Source: Octopus bimaculoides (Eukaryota). Taken from it: 64,000 nt of DNA. Shown piece after piece: positions 23,599 to 36,090 of this stretch. The stretch covers positions 60,853,880-60,917,879 of the forward strand of contig NC_068991.1 in assembly GCF_001194135.2 (NCBI RefSeq). The letters are read 5' to 3'. The notes below the pieces were generated by a model that ran no database searches, was not told the DNA's origin, and saw nothing but the letters and a program-made list of their open reading frames with translations. Numbering within the stretch: position 1 is the stretch's first letter; the number at the start of each line of letters is the position of its first letter. The translations under genes and the position numbers were made by a program.

Positions 23599-24365
23599 AT
23601 TTAGTGAGACATACAGCCTTACTCAGTCCATTTAGTGAGACACAGAGCCTCACTCAGTCCATTTACTGAGTCATACAGTTACACTCAGTCCATTTAGTGA
23701 GGCATAGATCTTAAGTCAGTCCATTTACTGATATATACAGTCACACTCAGTCCGTTTACTGAGACATATGAGGGTGAGTCAAAAAGTAATGCCATTTTGT
23801 TTAGGACAAGTATAATTACCAACACAGTAATATGTATCATACATCAAAGTGAAGCTGGTCTTCTATGGAGCACATCCCTACTTCTCAACATAGTCACTGT
23901 TTCTCTCAGTAGCAATGTTCCAACTTCGAATGAGAGCATATATCCCTGTTCTGTAAAATTCTGTTGACTGTTCTTTGAGCCACCTCTTCACTACAGATTT
24001 CACTTCCTCGTCACTGGAAAAATGTTTGCCTCTCAAACCCTCTTTCATGAGGCCAAAGAGATAAAAGTCCAGTAACGAGGATAGTCCAGTGACAAGGAAG
24101 TGTAAACTGTAATGAAGAAGTGGCTCAAAGAACAGTAAACTGAATTTTATGGGGCAGGGATACATGCTCTCATTCGAAGGTGGAACATTGCTATTGAGAG
24201 AAACGGTGACTATGTTGAGAAGTAGGGATGTGATCCACAGAGGACCAACTTCATTTTGATGTATGATACATGTTCCTGTGTTGGTAATTATACCTGTCCT
24301 AAACAAAATGGCATTACTTTTTGATTCACCCTCGTACATCCTCACTCAGTCCATTTTAGTGAAAC
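23599..24365. repeat. 31-bp minisatellite (~6.5 units) interrupted by a mariner MITE
   Basis: Units such as ATTTAGTGAGACATACAGCCTTACTCAGTCC start at 23599, 23630, 23661, 23692, 23723 and 23754. The sixth unit resumes at 24337. Confidence 0.9.
23769..24334. mobile_element. Mariner-derived fold-back MITE with ~250-bp inverted arms
   Basis: TA-TGAGGGTGAGTCAAAAAG...CTTTTTGATTCACCCTCG-TA. The arms encode a mariner C-terminus (DFYLFGLMKEGLRGKHFSSDEEVK...WNIA.ERN.DYVEK*). Spacer at 24019-24084. Confidence 0.92.
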
Positions 24366-24511
24366 ATACTGTTAGTTACACAACAATTCATTCTATTACT
24401 AAGACATAAACTTACACATTCAGTCCTACCATTGAGACATACAACCATACACAATAGAGTTACCGAGAGATACAGCCACATAAAAAAACAAACAAACTGG
24501 GGCTTCATTGG

Positions 24512-24783
24512 TTATGATGATGAGGGTTCTAGTTGATCTGTAACATGCAAGTGGCTGAGCACTCCACAGACGTATGAATCCTTAATGTAAGTTCTCAGGG
24601 AGATTCAGCATAACAAAGAATTTGATAAGACTGGCCCTTTGAAATACAGGTATTATTCATCTTTGCCAGATGAATGAACTGGAGCAGCATGAAACAAAGT
24701 GTCTTGCTCAAGAACACAATGCACAGTCAAGAATCAAACTCACTTCATGAGTTGAATACCCTAACTCCTAAGCCTCATGCCTC
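24512..24783 (-). mobile_element. tRNA-derived SINE ('family E')
   Basis: Reverse complement has a head GGCATGAGGCTTAGGAGTTAGG...GAGTTTGATTC. The body is homologous to 57900-58520. Confidence 0.7.
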
Positions 24784-24989
24784 CACAACAAACACAGATA
24801 CAATCATGATATCTAAGAGAGAGATAATGAATAAGAAACAGTTAATATAGGAACAGTGAAATATAGAAGTGTTAGAACATGGATCTGAGATGCAGGTTTT
24901 TGTGAAAGAACACACAGAGATGTAAAATATTGGAGTGGAATTAGTACACAGATATCTTAAAAAGACACTCAACAACAATGATAACTTAC

Positions 24990-25580
24990 CACTTAGCTCT
25001 TTTTCCATCAGAAGTCTACGCTGAGCTTGTGGTTTAATCCTCTGATCCATGGGTTGCACAAGCTGTAAATGGATTTCACTTTGATTTTTTACTTTATTTG
25101 AGTCTTGTAAATTCACAATAGCAACATTTTTGTCTGGTTTATGGGATGCATTCATTAAAATGGGCTTCAACGGGTCTACACCAATGTCAGAAAGTTTATT
25201 ATTTGAGATTTTCTGTACAAGTTTAGCTGGCATTGGTTGTATTAATAAATTTTGGGGTTTGTTTGTTATAGTTTTCACAATGTTTAGGATTCCTGTAGGA
25301 GCTGTTAATCTATTTACAAAACGAATGGAAGCAGCCTTGTGTTCTGGAAAATTCAGAGGTTTCGGCTCCTTCATTTCTGTCTTATCTTTTATACTTGCAT
25401 CATTCTGATCATAATAATATTCCTCAAACTTTTTATTGGTAAAGAAATTCTCTTTGAGGTTTTTAGGTTTCACTGGTGGCATTATACCAAAACAACCACT
25501 TTCTTTTTGCCAAGATAGAATCTGCTGCAGATAATTCAAGTGTAAAAATTCATAAAATCCAATACTTGGGCAAACAAATT
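24990..25580 (-). CDS. C16orf89: C16orf89-family coding exon (591 nt, phase 1-1) with a long low-complexity insertion
   Basis: Acceptor gtttttacag|AA and donor AGTG|gtaagt. Translates (Q)FVCPSIGFYEFLHLNYLQQILSWQKESGCFG...RRLLMEKELS(G), versus recalled human MFCGMGGFSDFYKLRWLEAILSWQKQQEGCFG...RREKQFPDG. Confidence 0.93.
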
Positions 25581-26421
25581 CTGTAAAAACAAGAAAAAAA
25601 AAATTAAGAAACAATTATCAGTTTAAATTATTAAAAACAAATGATTTTTTAAAAAAATATATTTTTCAAAATATATTTCTTGACAAATGACAAGCACCCC
25701 CCCCCCAAAAAAAAACAAACAAAACTTTACTGGCTGCATGCAATAAATGCTGCATATTGCTGTAAAGCAGTCATAAAGAGAACAATCATTTGATACAAAT
25801 GCATTTGGTGCAGCAAAATGCACAATTTGAAGTGATGTTAATGGAACTTTACATTACTGTAAAGTGTTAATTTACATTTATCACATTTCTGTGACATACA
25901 AATATTGCATAGAAATAATTATCATGCTGATATTAACAATGGCTGAGAAGCTGATGCTGACAACAATGGTTCTTTAAGAATAGCAACAAGGAAGTTGTGA
26001 CATTCATACTTTTGTTAAGATCATTAACAATGTAAGTGAATTATTTTCCACTGGGAATTTAAAATTCCAGTGTTAGTCTTTGTTATAATTTTGTTTTTTT
26101 TTACTCTGATGATAATAATAATAATGATAATAATAATAATAATAATAATAATACTAATTGTAGCAGTTGCTGTCGTCATAGTAGTAATATTTCAAATTTT
26201 GGTACAAGGCTAGCAATTTTAGTAGAAGGGAAATAGTTGATATTATTGACCCCTCAGTGGATTTGAACTCAAAACGTAATGAGTTTGAAGAAGAGACTGC
26301 AAAAGAGACTGCAGAAAGAGCAGCCATTAAAGCAAGCATATTGTGATGTAACAACTGAGTTGGTACATTTTTCTGCATATAAATAAAAACAAGTATTTTT
26401 AAAAAGAAACATTAAATTCAA

Positions 26422-26455
<34 letters not shown>

Positions 26456-26462
26456 GCAATAA

Positions 26463-27007
26463 ATGCCCATGATGCAGTACCAGGCACCAGCTCTCATGGC
26501 TCCTGATCTTAACTAATTGGAAGTGTTATCATGTACATTGTTTTGTCTTGGTGTAAAAGATGGGCTACAGAAAACATTCTGTTCAAAACCAGATTTGCAT
26601 GTCAGTTGTTTGACTTTAACCAGTTGAGCATGTCCCTTAGTGGCTGATGATATGTGCATCTCTGATCACAAGCAGAAGTAATGAGAAAGCATCATAGTCA
26701 TGTGTTGAGAGGGTTCTGAATAATTCACCTATGGAAACATGAGTGTTTCATTGAACATCCTTAAACAACCCTTATTCAAGGACCGTTTGAGTGGGAAGGG
26801 CTACTCGACCTAAAGAAAATTCTAACTGGGCCCCACCTGCAAGGTCATGCACTGTTTATCTTGATATGAGATCACCATGTCATGCACATATGGTTGAGAT
26901 GCATGTGCCTGGTGTATCTTTATCAGACGAGTAGTCATGACGGGTATAATGGGCTTCATATATTTTACCCCAGTGTCACTTTGATGGCATGTACTGCTCT
27001 CTCACTC
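26463..27007 (+). mobile_element. Second copy of the (TAA)n-flanked ~550-bp element
   Basis: Full-length homology to 3987-4542, with (TAA)n at both ends. Confidence 0.8.
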
Positions 27008-27026
27008 AATAATAATAATAATAATG

Positions 27027-27100
<74 letters not shown>

Positions 27101-29039
27101 GGATAGTCTGATGTATCTTGAAATCCTTAATACTCCTTGGTTTAAGATACCTGGTTTGCCTACTTCAGTCAATACAATTCATTTGCTCATACCCTTAATG
27201 TTACTACCATATTGCCATCTTAGACAACTGACCCAAGAACAGGGGTTTCTATCACCTTTCATATTAAGCTTTAAGGGATGTTTGAAGAATGGGACAAAGG
27301 TTTGTTGGACAAATAAAATGAGTACTAAACATTTTCAACCAGATGTGGCTGAGTGGTCGAGAAGCTTGCTTCCCAACCACGTGGTCATCTGTGAAAAATG
27401 TGTCTGGCCATGGGAAATACTAACTTACTTGGAAACAAATCTATTGGCAACAGGAAGGGCATCCAGCCTTAGAATAATTTGCCTCAACAAATTCAATCTG
27501 ACCCATGCTAGCACGGTAAAGTGGACGTTAAATGTTGATGACAATAATGATGATAAATACATAGTACTGAGGCATTGTTTTACAGTTGGGTGCACTTTCT
27601 GTTGCTAAACCTTACCTGTTTTTTAAGCAAGAGGCTTCCATTCATTCATCTTTAAAGCACAGAGCTTGCAGATGATTGAGTGGGAATGTCAATGATCAGT
27701 GAATTGCTATAATTCTCATACAGCATATAAGCTTCCTTTCTGAAGATAAGTGGCAAAAATGAGACTATAAATATTACACTATCTTTCCTTTTATTTAGTT
27801 GCTTATTTTCATTTTTTATTTTTATGGACAAAGCACCACTTGAGTGTGGCCGATGCCAGTACTGCCTGACTGGCCCTCGTGCTGGTGGCATGTAAAAGCA
27901 CCCACTACACTCTCAGAGTGGTTGATGTTAGGAAAGACATCCAACTGTAGAAACTTTACCATATCAGATTGGAGCCTGGTGCAGCCTTCTGGCTCGCCAG
28001 CCCTCAGTCAAACCGTCCAACCCATGCCAGCATGGAAACTGGATTTAAATGATGATAATGATGATGATGATGATGATGATCACTGTTTGTAGCTCAGGAC
28101 TTTTTCATGCAAAATGCTGAATACAAGCAATTTCTTTTTTCTTTTTGAATACTAGGTGAGTAGCCATGCACATCAATCAGCAGAAACCCACTCTACCCCA
28201 CCTCACAGTAATCCCCTTGTCTCTTAGCATGAAGCTGAGTCCCTGCTACTTACCCCCAGGGTTAGTAGTCCTGCTGAAAATTGCATGATGGTCTCAATAG
28301 TGCAGGTGGCACAAAAAAAAAAGCACCCAGTCCACGCTATAAAGAAGGGCATCCAGTCATAAAAACCATGCAAAAGCAGACCCTGCACACAATGGTTTCT
28401 GTTAAACCACCCAACCCATACCAGCATTGAACATTAAATGATGATAATAATAATGATGAACACTCCTGTGCATGTGATCACACACACACACAGAGGACAC
28501 ATCTATCTATCAAATTCACAGTTATAGCATTGGGCAGTTATGGCACAGCCATTTTGGCACCACCTGTTGGCATCACTGATCCAATGCTGACTTATTTGAC
28601 ATTAAACATTTTAATGTTTCTCTCATTCTCTCCCCCTCACCCCCCCTCTCTGTCTATGTGTCACCATATTTATCTCTATGTGTATGAAAAAATAGATGGC
28701 TGTTTATGTCACTTGTGTTCAAAAAATAAATTGTAATGTCTCACTATCTTCCATTCTCTCTATGTATATGTATATTTCTGCATATACATACATGTGTGTG
28801 TGTGTTTGCTTCTAGTGCCAAAAAGTACTATTGCCAAAACTGGTTCAATGTCCATCCAGCCGTGTCAAACCGCCAGTGTACAAACAACCAAGTCCAGCTG
28901 TCACATTCTACCGGTCATCTGGGGGATACTGCAGAAGACACTTGCCCAAGGTGCCATACAGTAGGACTGAACCTGAAACCATGTGGTTGAGAAGCAAATT
29001 TTTAACCACTCATCTATGCCTGTGCCTAAATAGCAACAT

Positions 29040-29165
29040 TAGGAGGAGGAGGAGGAGGAGGAGGAGGAGAAGGAGAAGAAGAAGAAGAAGAAGAAGAAGA
29101 AGAAGAAGAAGAAGAAGAAGAAGAAGAAGAAGAAGAAGAAGAAGAAGAAGAAGACGACGACGACG
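29040..29165. repeat. Compound trinucleotide microsatellite (GGA)n(GAA)n(GAC)n
   Basis: Read directly. It explains the poly-Arg ORF 28831..29193. Confidence 0.95.
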
Positions 29166-30978
29166 ACATTTACTTTCTACAGAGATGAACTAACATAATG
29201 TCTTTCCGAATGTATTTTAGTCTCAGCACTTCTAGTACAAGAGTTCTGCCGTTTTCTTAATGGATTCCCAACAGTAAGGAAAGAAATTAGAAGATCTAGC
29301 ATTAACAATACATTGACTTTGTTGACCTAACAATCAATCTATTTGGCTGCTGTAAAATCAGAAGATGTATGTATGTGTGTGTGTGTGTGTGTGTATGCAC
29401 GTGTGTGTGTGCGCGTGCATGCACGTGTGCAAGGAGACAACAGGAAGTAAATATACCCCAAGATGGGGAATATGTATTATTCATTAGTTATTCATTCCAT
29501 CCATTGTATAATTTTTATTACAACAAATAATTAAGGTGGTGGAGTTGGTGAAGAATTTGCTTAGTTCTTATATAAATGAAGCACTGTCAGTCTTCCTGTC
29601 GCCAATATATTTACAAGACCCAGGGAGAAGATGTGTGGGGGTTAGTACAGAGACAGAGTGCAACACTAAGATGTTTTACTGTATCTACTTCTGCTTTCGT
29701 GTTATTCAATAATGAGTTCAGATCTTGCTGTTATTGATTTTTACCTCAATACATTTCTGAGCAAGATTAAATAAAATAAGTACCAGTTGTATACTGTGGT
29801 TAAATGAATGAATGAATTATATAGAAATGGCATTCTGCCTAAAGAGGAAATCATTTTTGGTAAATGATTATCTTTCTTTCATTATGTATTTTCCAGTGTA
29901 AAAGGAAGAATTGTAGCAGTTAAGTGAACTGTCAGACTTCTTATAAAAGGAAAATAAAACGCTATAAAGATGAAAATTTATCAAAACTAACAAATCAGAT
30001 TTTTTTTTTGGCTCTTTAACATATGTTATGCTATGCAAAATTTCAACATCCATTTGCAAGCTAAAGAATTAGCGAGAAAATTCTTTAAATTACAATATTC
30101 ACAAATGAATAAGTAGTGGATCAAGTATTTTTACACCTGGATACCTCGACCAAAGACAATCTAGTGAATTCTGAAAGAAATGTGAATAACATTTTCAACC
30201 AAGAATACAAGGACAAGTTAAGTAATGCTGTCTTGTACTGCATGCAGGTACACTTGAGAAGCTGCAGGAGGAGTTTAAATTTGTGGTCACTGGTTCCACA
30301 ACCTAACTTCAAAGTCAACAAGAAAAATAAAAAGCAGCCAACATCAATATATTTTAATGTCAAACCAATTTTGAAAGAGAATATTTAAGAAGAAAAGATC
30401 AAGATCTCTTAGAATACCACGAAACACAAAATGGCACCTATGAAGACAGTTCGAGAATGTCATGCGGTAAATGTTCATTATGACTCGGGAAACAGGATTA
30501 TCAACTGTAAGGGATAGGATTATCAAGAGTAAATGACTTTCTGCTATAAATAAATATTTGTTTATATGCAAAGCTAAAGTGGATAGAAAATTTTAACCTT
30601 TCTTTACGTTCTGCAGAAAGAGTGGAAAAATAGTTAAGGGGATGAATGGAGAAGAGGAGAAATCACCAGGTATTACAGTGTGTCTTGAAACAAAGAGCAT
30701 TAATGGACTCAATGAACCCAGCTGAGAATGTAGGCAGGGCACGCAACAATCAAAATATGCTGCAGCAAACAATTCAATTCATTGTGTTCTGTGTTGGCCT
30801 GAAAAGGGAAGGGGTCAATCGGTGTTCTTGTTATTTAGCCCCAGGTCACACATGATTGAGTAGATCTATCATCAAAAGCATTCCAAATATGGTCAACCCA
30901 TTTTTTTTTCAGCTGTGATATATCTAGGACCTTATTATGCACCAAGTCTTCTTTTATCAAAGAAAGGAAGAGAACGAG

Positions 30979-31038
<60 letters not shown>

Positions 31039-32033
31039 CGACTGTTATTTCTACGAAGTTGACAGAGAGGCTCCTTTAGAGGTAAGATGTACCATACCAT
31101 GATGTGTTCCATTCCACATTCTTGTAATTCATTCTATTGCATTCTGCACACTTCCTTACCAGGTGTTACAAGCTTCAATGTCCCATGTCACACTCCCCTG
31201 TATTGCATGGTATCCCAAACTTCCTTGTTACCTGTTACATGTTACTGTAAACTGATCCTCCATTCCACATTGTATGTCACATTCTATTGTATTGCATATT
31301 ACATTCTCCTATACTATTTGGTGTTACAAACTGCCTTGCCACCTGTTACACATTACTATACCCCCCCCCCATTCCACACTGATGTACAGTACGTCACACT
31401 CTGTTATATCACATGTCACATGATGTTGTATTGTTTCACAACCACTGTTGCTGATCTATACAAAGTATTAACCTTACACCCGCCTCCTCCTTATCTGATT
31501 TAACATCCAGTTTCCTGTGCTTGCAGGAATCAGATGGAATTTGTTGAGGCAAATTTCGCTATAGTTGGATGCTCTTCCTGTCATCAACCTTCACCTGTTT
31601 CCAAGTAAAGTAATATTTTCCCATAGCCAGACACGTTTTCTATGGAAGAGTGGAAACAAAAAACCTTGTTTGTATGAAAATGATGCTCGCTTACAACCAT
31701 CACATGATATCTAGACAATGGTACACACACACACACACATCCTTGCAGATAGATTTGGTGGATAGAGGCTGAAAGAAGCCCATTGTATAGATGAACTTTA
31801 TTTAATAAATCTATAAATGACACTACCCTAATATAATAAGAAGAGCATTGCAGCTTGCTTGAAGCATTGTGATAAAGAAATTAAATGACAAAATATTGAA
31901 GATAGAGATCTTCCAACAGTGTAAAGGAAAATGTTTAATAAACTTTATATTTTAGGCACAAAAGCCCTTCATCAGTAGTAAACAGTCAAGAAATGTTAGT
32001 CTCAACACTACTGCCCGTGTTGATTGTTGTGTG

Positions 32034-32092
32034 AAAGTTTGCTTCTGATGAAAAGCCTTTATGCTTGAAAGATCTAAAGGTTATTTAACTTT
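32034..32092 (+). ncRNA. Minimal type I hammerhead ribozyme motif of the Penelope-like-element kind (antisense to the host gene)
   Basis: CTGATGA (32045-51), extra A, stem II AAGC/GCTT, GAAA (32067-70), palindromic GATC, then T-A cleavage site (32075-76). Stem I is CTT/AAG plus distal AAAGTT/AACTTT. Activity not tested. Confidence 0.6.
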
Positions 32093-32172
32093 TTTGCTTT
32101 ATGTATTGTAAGATGCTTTCTTTCTTAACTATTGTTATTTTATCCTAAGATAAATGAAATCAAAGTACTTAC

Positions 32173-32344
32173 GTTGCTCCATGAATAGATCCTGGTACAT
32201 AGGAAGAATAGTTCCAGACATATAACCATGAACCAGGTTTTTCATTTCAAAAAAGTTGTTGGAACAGAATTCTACTTGTAGTTGCTCATGGTCTTTGAAA
32301 TTGGCCAACTTCAGTACTCTGTTCAATTCTGCAAGACAACCAAC
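32173..32344 (-). CDS. C16orf89: C16orf89-family coding exon (172 nt, phase 0-1)
   Basis: Acceptor ttttccag|GTT and donor CAAC|gtaagt. Translates VGCLAELNRV...VEFCSNNFFEMK...PMYQDLFMEQ, versus recalled human RGC...LFCANMMDLN...PTRDIFMEN. Confidence 0.92.
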
Positions 32345-33051
32345 CTGGAAAATGCAAAGTTGTTATAAGAACTCTTATTTCATCATTGTCACACAAAAAC
32401 AAACATACATGACAATTAAATATATAGCAACACACATACATTATAATTTTCATGTCATCTGTAGCTTCTTAATTATGATAAGGTTTATTATATTCATTTG
32501 TCTGCAGGTACATTTTATGTTTTAGGATAATCTACAGTTGTAGTATAATTCTCATACAATGTATAAATTTTCTTTCCGAAGACAAGTTGCAAAAATAGGA
32601 TTATAAATTAAATTCAAATTAAGCTAGCCACCTACACTTTTCTCTGCAAAATAGGGGTAGTTTATCCTGTTCTGGCTATATTAGCATTATTCTGCGATTG
32701 AGAATTTAAAAAAATCACTTCTTTAACTTTCTAAGGATTATAAATGTTACTCATTCTCTTTTCTGAGTTAGTTGCTTATTTTTATTTTTAGTTTTTTTTT
32801 CAAGCACAGGTGTGATCACATGATGAAGAAGCTTGCTTTCTAATTCTTTTAATTTATTCTTTTATTTGTTCCAGTCATTTGACTGTGGCCATGCTGGAGC
32901 ACTGCCTAATCATGAGGTTTTTGGTTGAATATCACTGCAATGCACCTTGAGCAAGTGTCTTCTATAGATCTGGGCTAACCAAAGCCTTGTGAGTGGATTT
33001 GGTAGATGGAAGTTGAAAGAAGCTCATTGTGTGTGTGTGTGTGTGTGTGTA

Positions 33052-33670
33052 TAGGGTGCAATGGGTAAATTGTTGCCATTTTATATTTTTACTTTGCACA
33101 TACAGGATTTTACTAACTACACAGTATAGTAGGGTCAGTTGGGCACCATCTGTAAGAAAAACAGCACCATGATACAATTCACTCTGCCAGAAATTTGGAA
33201 ACGACATGCTGTAGTGCTTGGAATTCATGACAGAAGCTCTAATACAAACAGATGGTGAACACACAGAATAACCATTGGCTTGCCGTGTCCCCAAAACATG
33301 TACCGAATGTGATAAAAGTCAAACATCCAGTCAACATCATGGTGTTTGGAGTGATCACTAGTGATGGCGACATTATGCTTCCATTCTTCTTCCCACATGG
33401 CCTCAGACTCAACACAGAGCCCTATATCAAGTGCCTGGAGTAAGTAGTGCTGCCCTTAGTCAAGACCCTATGTCTGGCAAGACCCTATGTCTGGCAAGAG
33501 GATTCTGCACCATGCCACACAAGCAGGAGAACCCAGTCATGGCTGTCAGACAATTTCTGCAACTACAGCACCCCTAACATCTGGCCACCTAACTCCCCAG
33601 ACTGCAACACCCTTGATTATTATGTGTGGGATGCAGTTGAGCGAGAGACCAATAAAACTCCTTGTAAATG
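33052..33670 (+). mobile_element. Second DD37D (maT) derivative, 3'-truncated, inserted in a family-B SINE microsatellite
   Basis: TA-TAGGGTGCAATGGGTAAATTG left TIR. Translates QNNHWLAVSP.HVP.VIKVKHPVNIMVFG...QEDSAPCH...SPDCNTLDY, with 37-residue D spacing. Confidence 0.85.
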
Positions 33671-35592
33671 TGAATGAACATTATCATACAAGCAAGATTG
33701 TATATCTTTTCCAATCTTCTGTGGAACAAAATGTCCAGGCATGGGTAAATATTATCTTGCTTTGAAACTGGTGAAGGTTAGTGACAGGAAGGGCATCTAG
33801 CCATAGAAAAACTTATGCCAACAAATTCCATCTGACCCATGCAAACATGGAAAACTGGACATTAAATGATGATGGTGACAATGAAGATAATGATTCTGCA
33901 TTTTATTTTACCATTTATTCTTGTCCTCATTTTTCCTTCTCTAAAAACATTATACATTTTAGTTGAATGGTATTTTCAATAATTTCCTTTTATCTTTTGA
34001 AAATTTCTTAAAATCAGTCCCTTTCTATAAGGTAACCTCAGGTTCAGAGACATGGAACTAGGAGTTGTGAAATATACATAAGCATTACTTCTTGTATTGG
34101 GCATAAATTTATATCTTCTTTGTAAACACTAGCACTTACCTGATTACATACATAAATCTAGATATTTGTGTGTATGTGTGTGCGCATGTATATCTGTGTG
34201 TGTGTGTATGTAAATCAAAAGTGCTGTAAATCAAAAGTGGGCCAAGCAAAACAGTTCATTCAGAAACTGATAAAGAAACATGATAGGCATGTAGTAGAAA
34301 ACAGTTATTTAAAATCAATAAAAATGTAAGCTTGAGATAAATAAATCAAATAATTGATAAGGTTAAATATACAAGGTTGATAATTTGATAAAAAAAGGGT
34401 TGTGTGTGTGTGTGTGTTGATTTGAAGCTGATGAATCACCCCTTCCTTCCTTCCTTCCTTCCTCCTTCTCTGTTTCATCTTGCTTTTGTGCAGACCTGAA
34501 CAGATGCAACACAGCAAGAACATTCTAAGTAAAACTGGGTTTGATGCAGTTATACTGACTCACATGATAAAAGTGGATTTTGGAAAACACCTAATTTCCT
34601 CTCACTACACACACACACACACACATACACACACGTGCACAAAACTGAAGTTTTTGGGAAGGGATCCACATGAATTTAGAATAGTCTACAAGGAAATCCT
34701 ACACTACACAGTCTGCAACAGACTTTCTAAAATTGGTACTTGATGGACTAATTCATTTTGGCTTTAGTACATCTACATGTAATAATATTTAATATAAATT
34801 TAATACAACTTATATTGCTTATTATTAGTCACAGTTTTAGGTGTGGATAGGGTTTGTGGTTTAGGCATGGACGTAGCTGTGTGGTTAAGAAACTTGCTTT
34901 TCAACTATGTTGTCTTGGGTTCAGTCCTACTGCATGACACCTTGGCTAAAACGCATTTAATATAGTCACAAATTGATCAAAGCCTTGTGAGTGGAAATGG
35001 CAGATAGAAACTGAAAGTAGCCTGTTTTATATGTAAATGTATGCGTGTATGTGTCTGAGTATGTCTGAGTGTGTATGTGTTTGGATGTACCCTTGTCTAA
35101 TTGTAAATGAGCATCATCATGGTGCAAAAGATGCTGTTCCTTTCCACTCTTCCATGTAAAACATGGCTAGCTGTGGTAAAATATTATCTTGTGTGGAAAC
35201 AAGTGAGGGTTGGCTACAGGAAAGGCATCTGGCCACAGAAAACCTGCCTCAACAAATTCTGTCTAAGCCATGCCAGCATGGAAAAACAGATGCAAAATGA
35301 ATGACAATGATGGTTGGGATTAGGATTAAGGCTTAGGGTAAGCATTTCAGATTTAAGGCTAGGGTTTAGTGTTAGAAGATAGAATTAGGGTTCATGCAGT
35401 CCTGTTAATCTATGATTCAGCATTTAGGGTAAGATAAATGATTCATTTCTATTATTCGTTTCTCATTTTTAATGAGACGAAATTTAATTCTCTGTTATAA
35501 TGGTTGTTGGATTCTTCTGAGACAATTATGAAAAAGGTAATAAAATGGAATGAAGATTCTTGAACAACAAAAAAGAAAAAAAAAAGGACTAG

Positions 35593-35630
<38 letters not shown>

Positions 35631-36090
35631 TTAATTTCCATTTTCCATGCTGACTTGCATTGGAGAGTTTGACAGGAGCTGGAAAGTCGGAGAGCTGCAC
35701 CAGGCTCCAATTGTATTTTAGTATGGTTTTCTATGGCTGAAGGTTTTTCCTAATGCCAACCACATTAGAGAGTGTACTGGGTGCTTTTTGCGTGGCATCA
35801 GCACAGGTACTTTCTACATGGCACCAACACAACTGCTTTTTACATGGGGATGTAAACAAACCAACAAAGGTTGTCAAGTAGTGGGGGTGACAAGTACAGA
35901 CACAAAGACACATTTTGCTCATGAGGCACTGGTCAGCCGGGGCAGTGGTGCTGTTGGAGAAAACATTTGCCCAAGGTGTAAATGAACCCAAAACCACATG
36001 GTTGCAAAGTGAGTTTCTTAACCACACAGCCATGCCAGGTCCTAAAAACAGATGAAAATGGAAAAAAAAAAGAAAAAAAATTCCTTCTGA

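Noticed and set aside
21586-23768. 28-bp and 31-bp arrays as possible CRISPR-like arrays
   Set aside because: Units are directly adjacent without unique spacers, the context is eukaryotic, and there are no cas genes. They are ordinary minisatellites.
30100-30520. Coding-looking stretch with ORFs 30116..30388 and 30121..30363
   Set aside because: No recognisable motif, no consistent splice sites, and stops in all frames. It may be a decayed TE.
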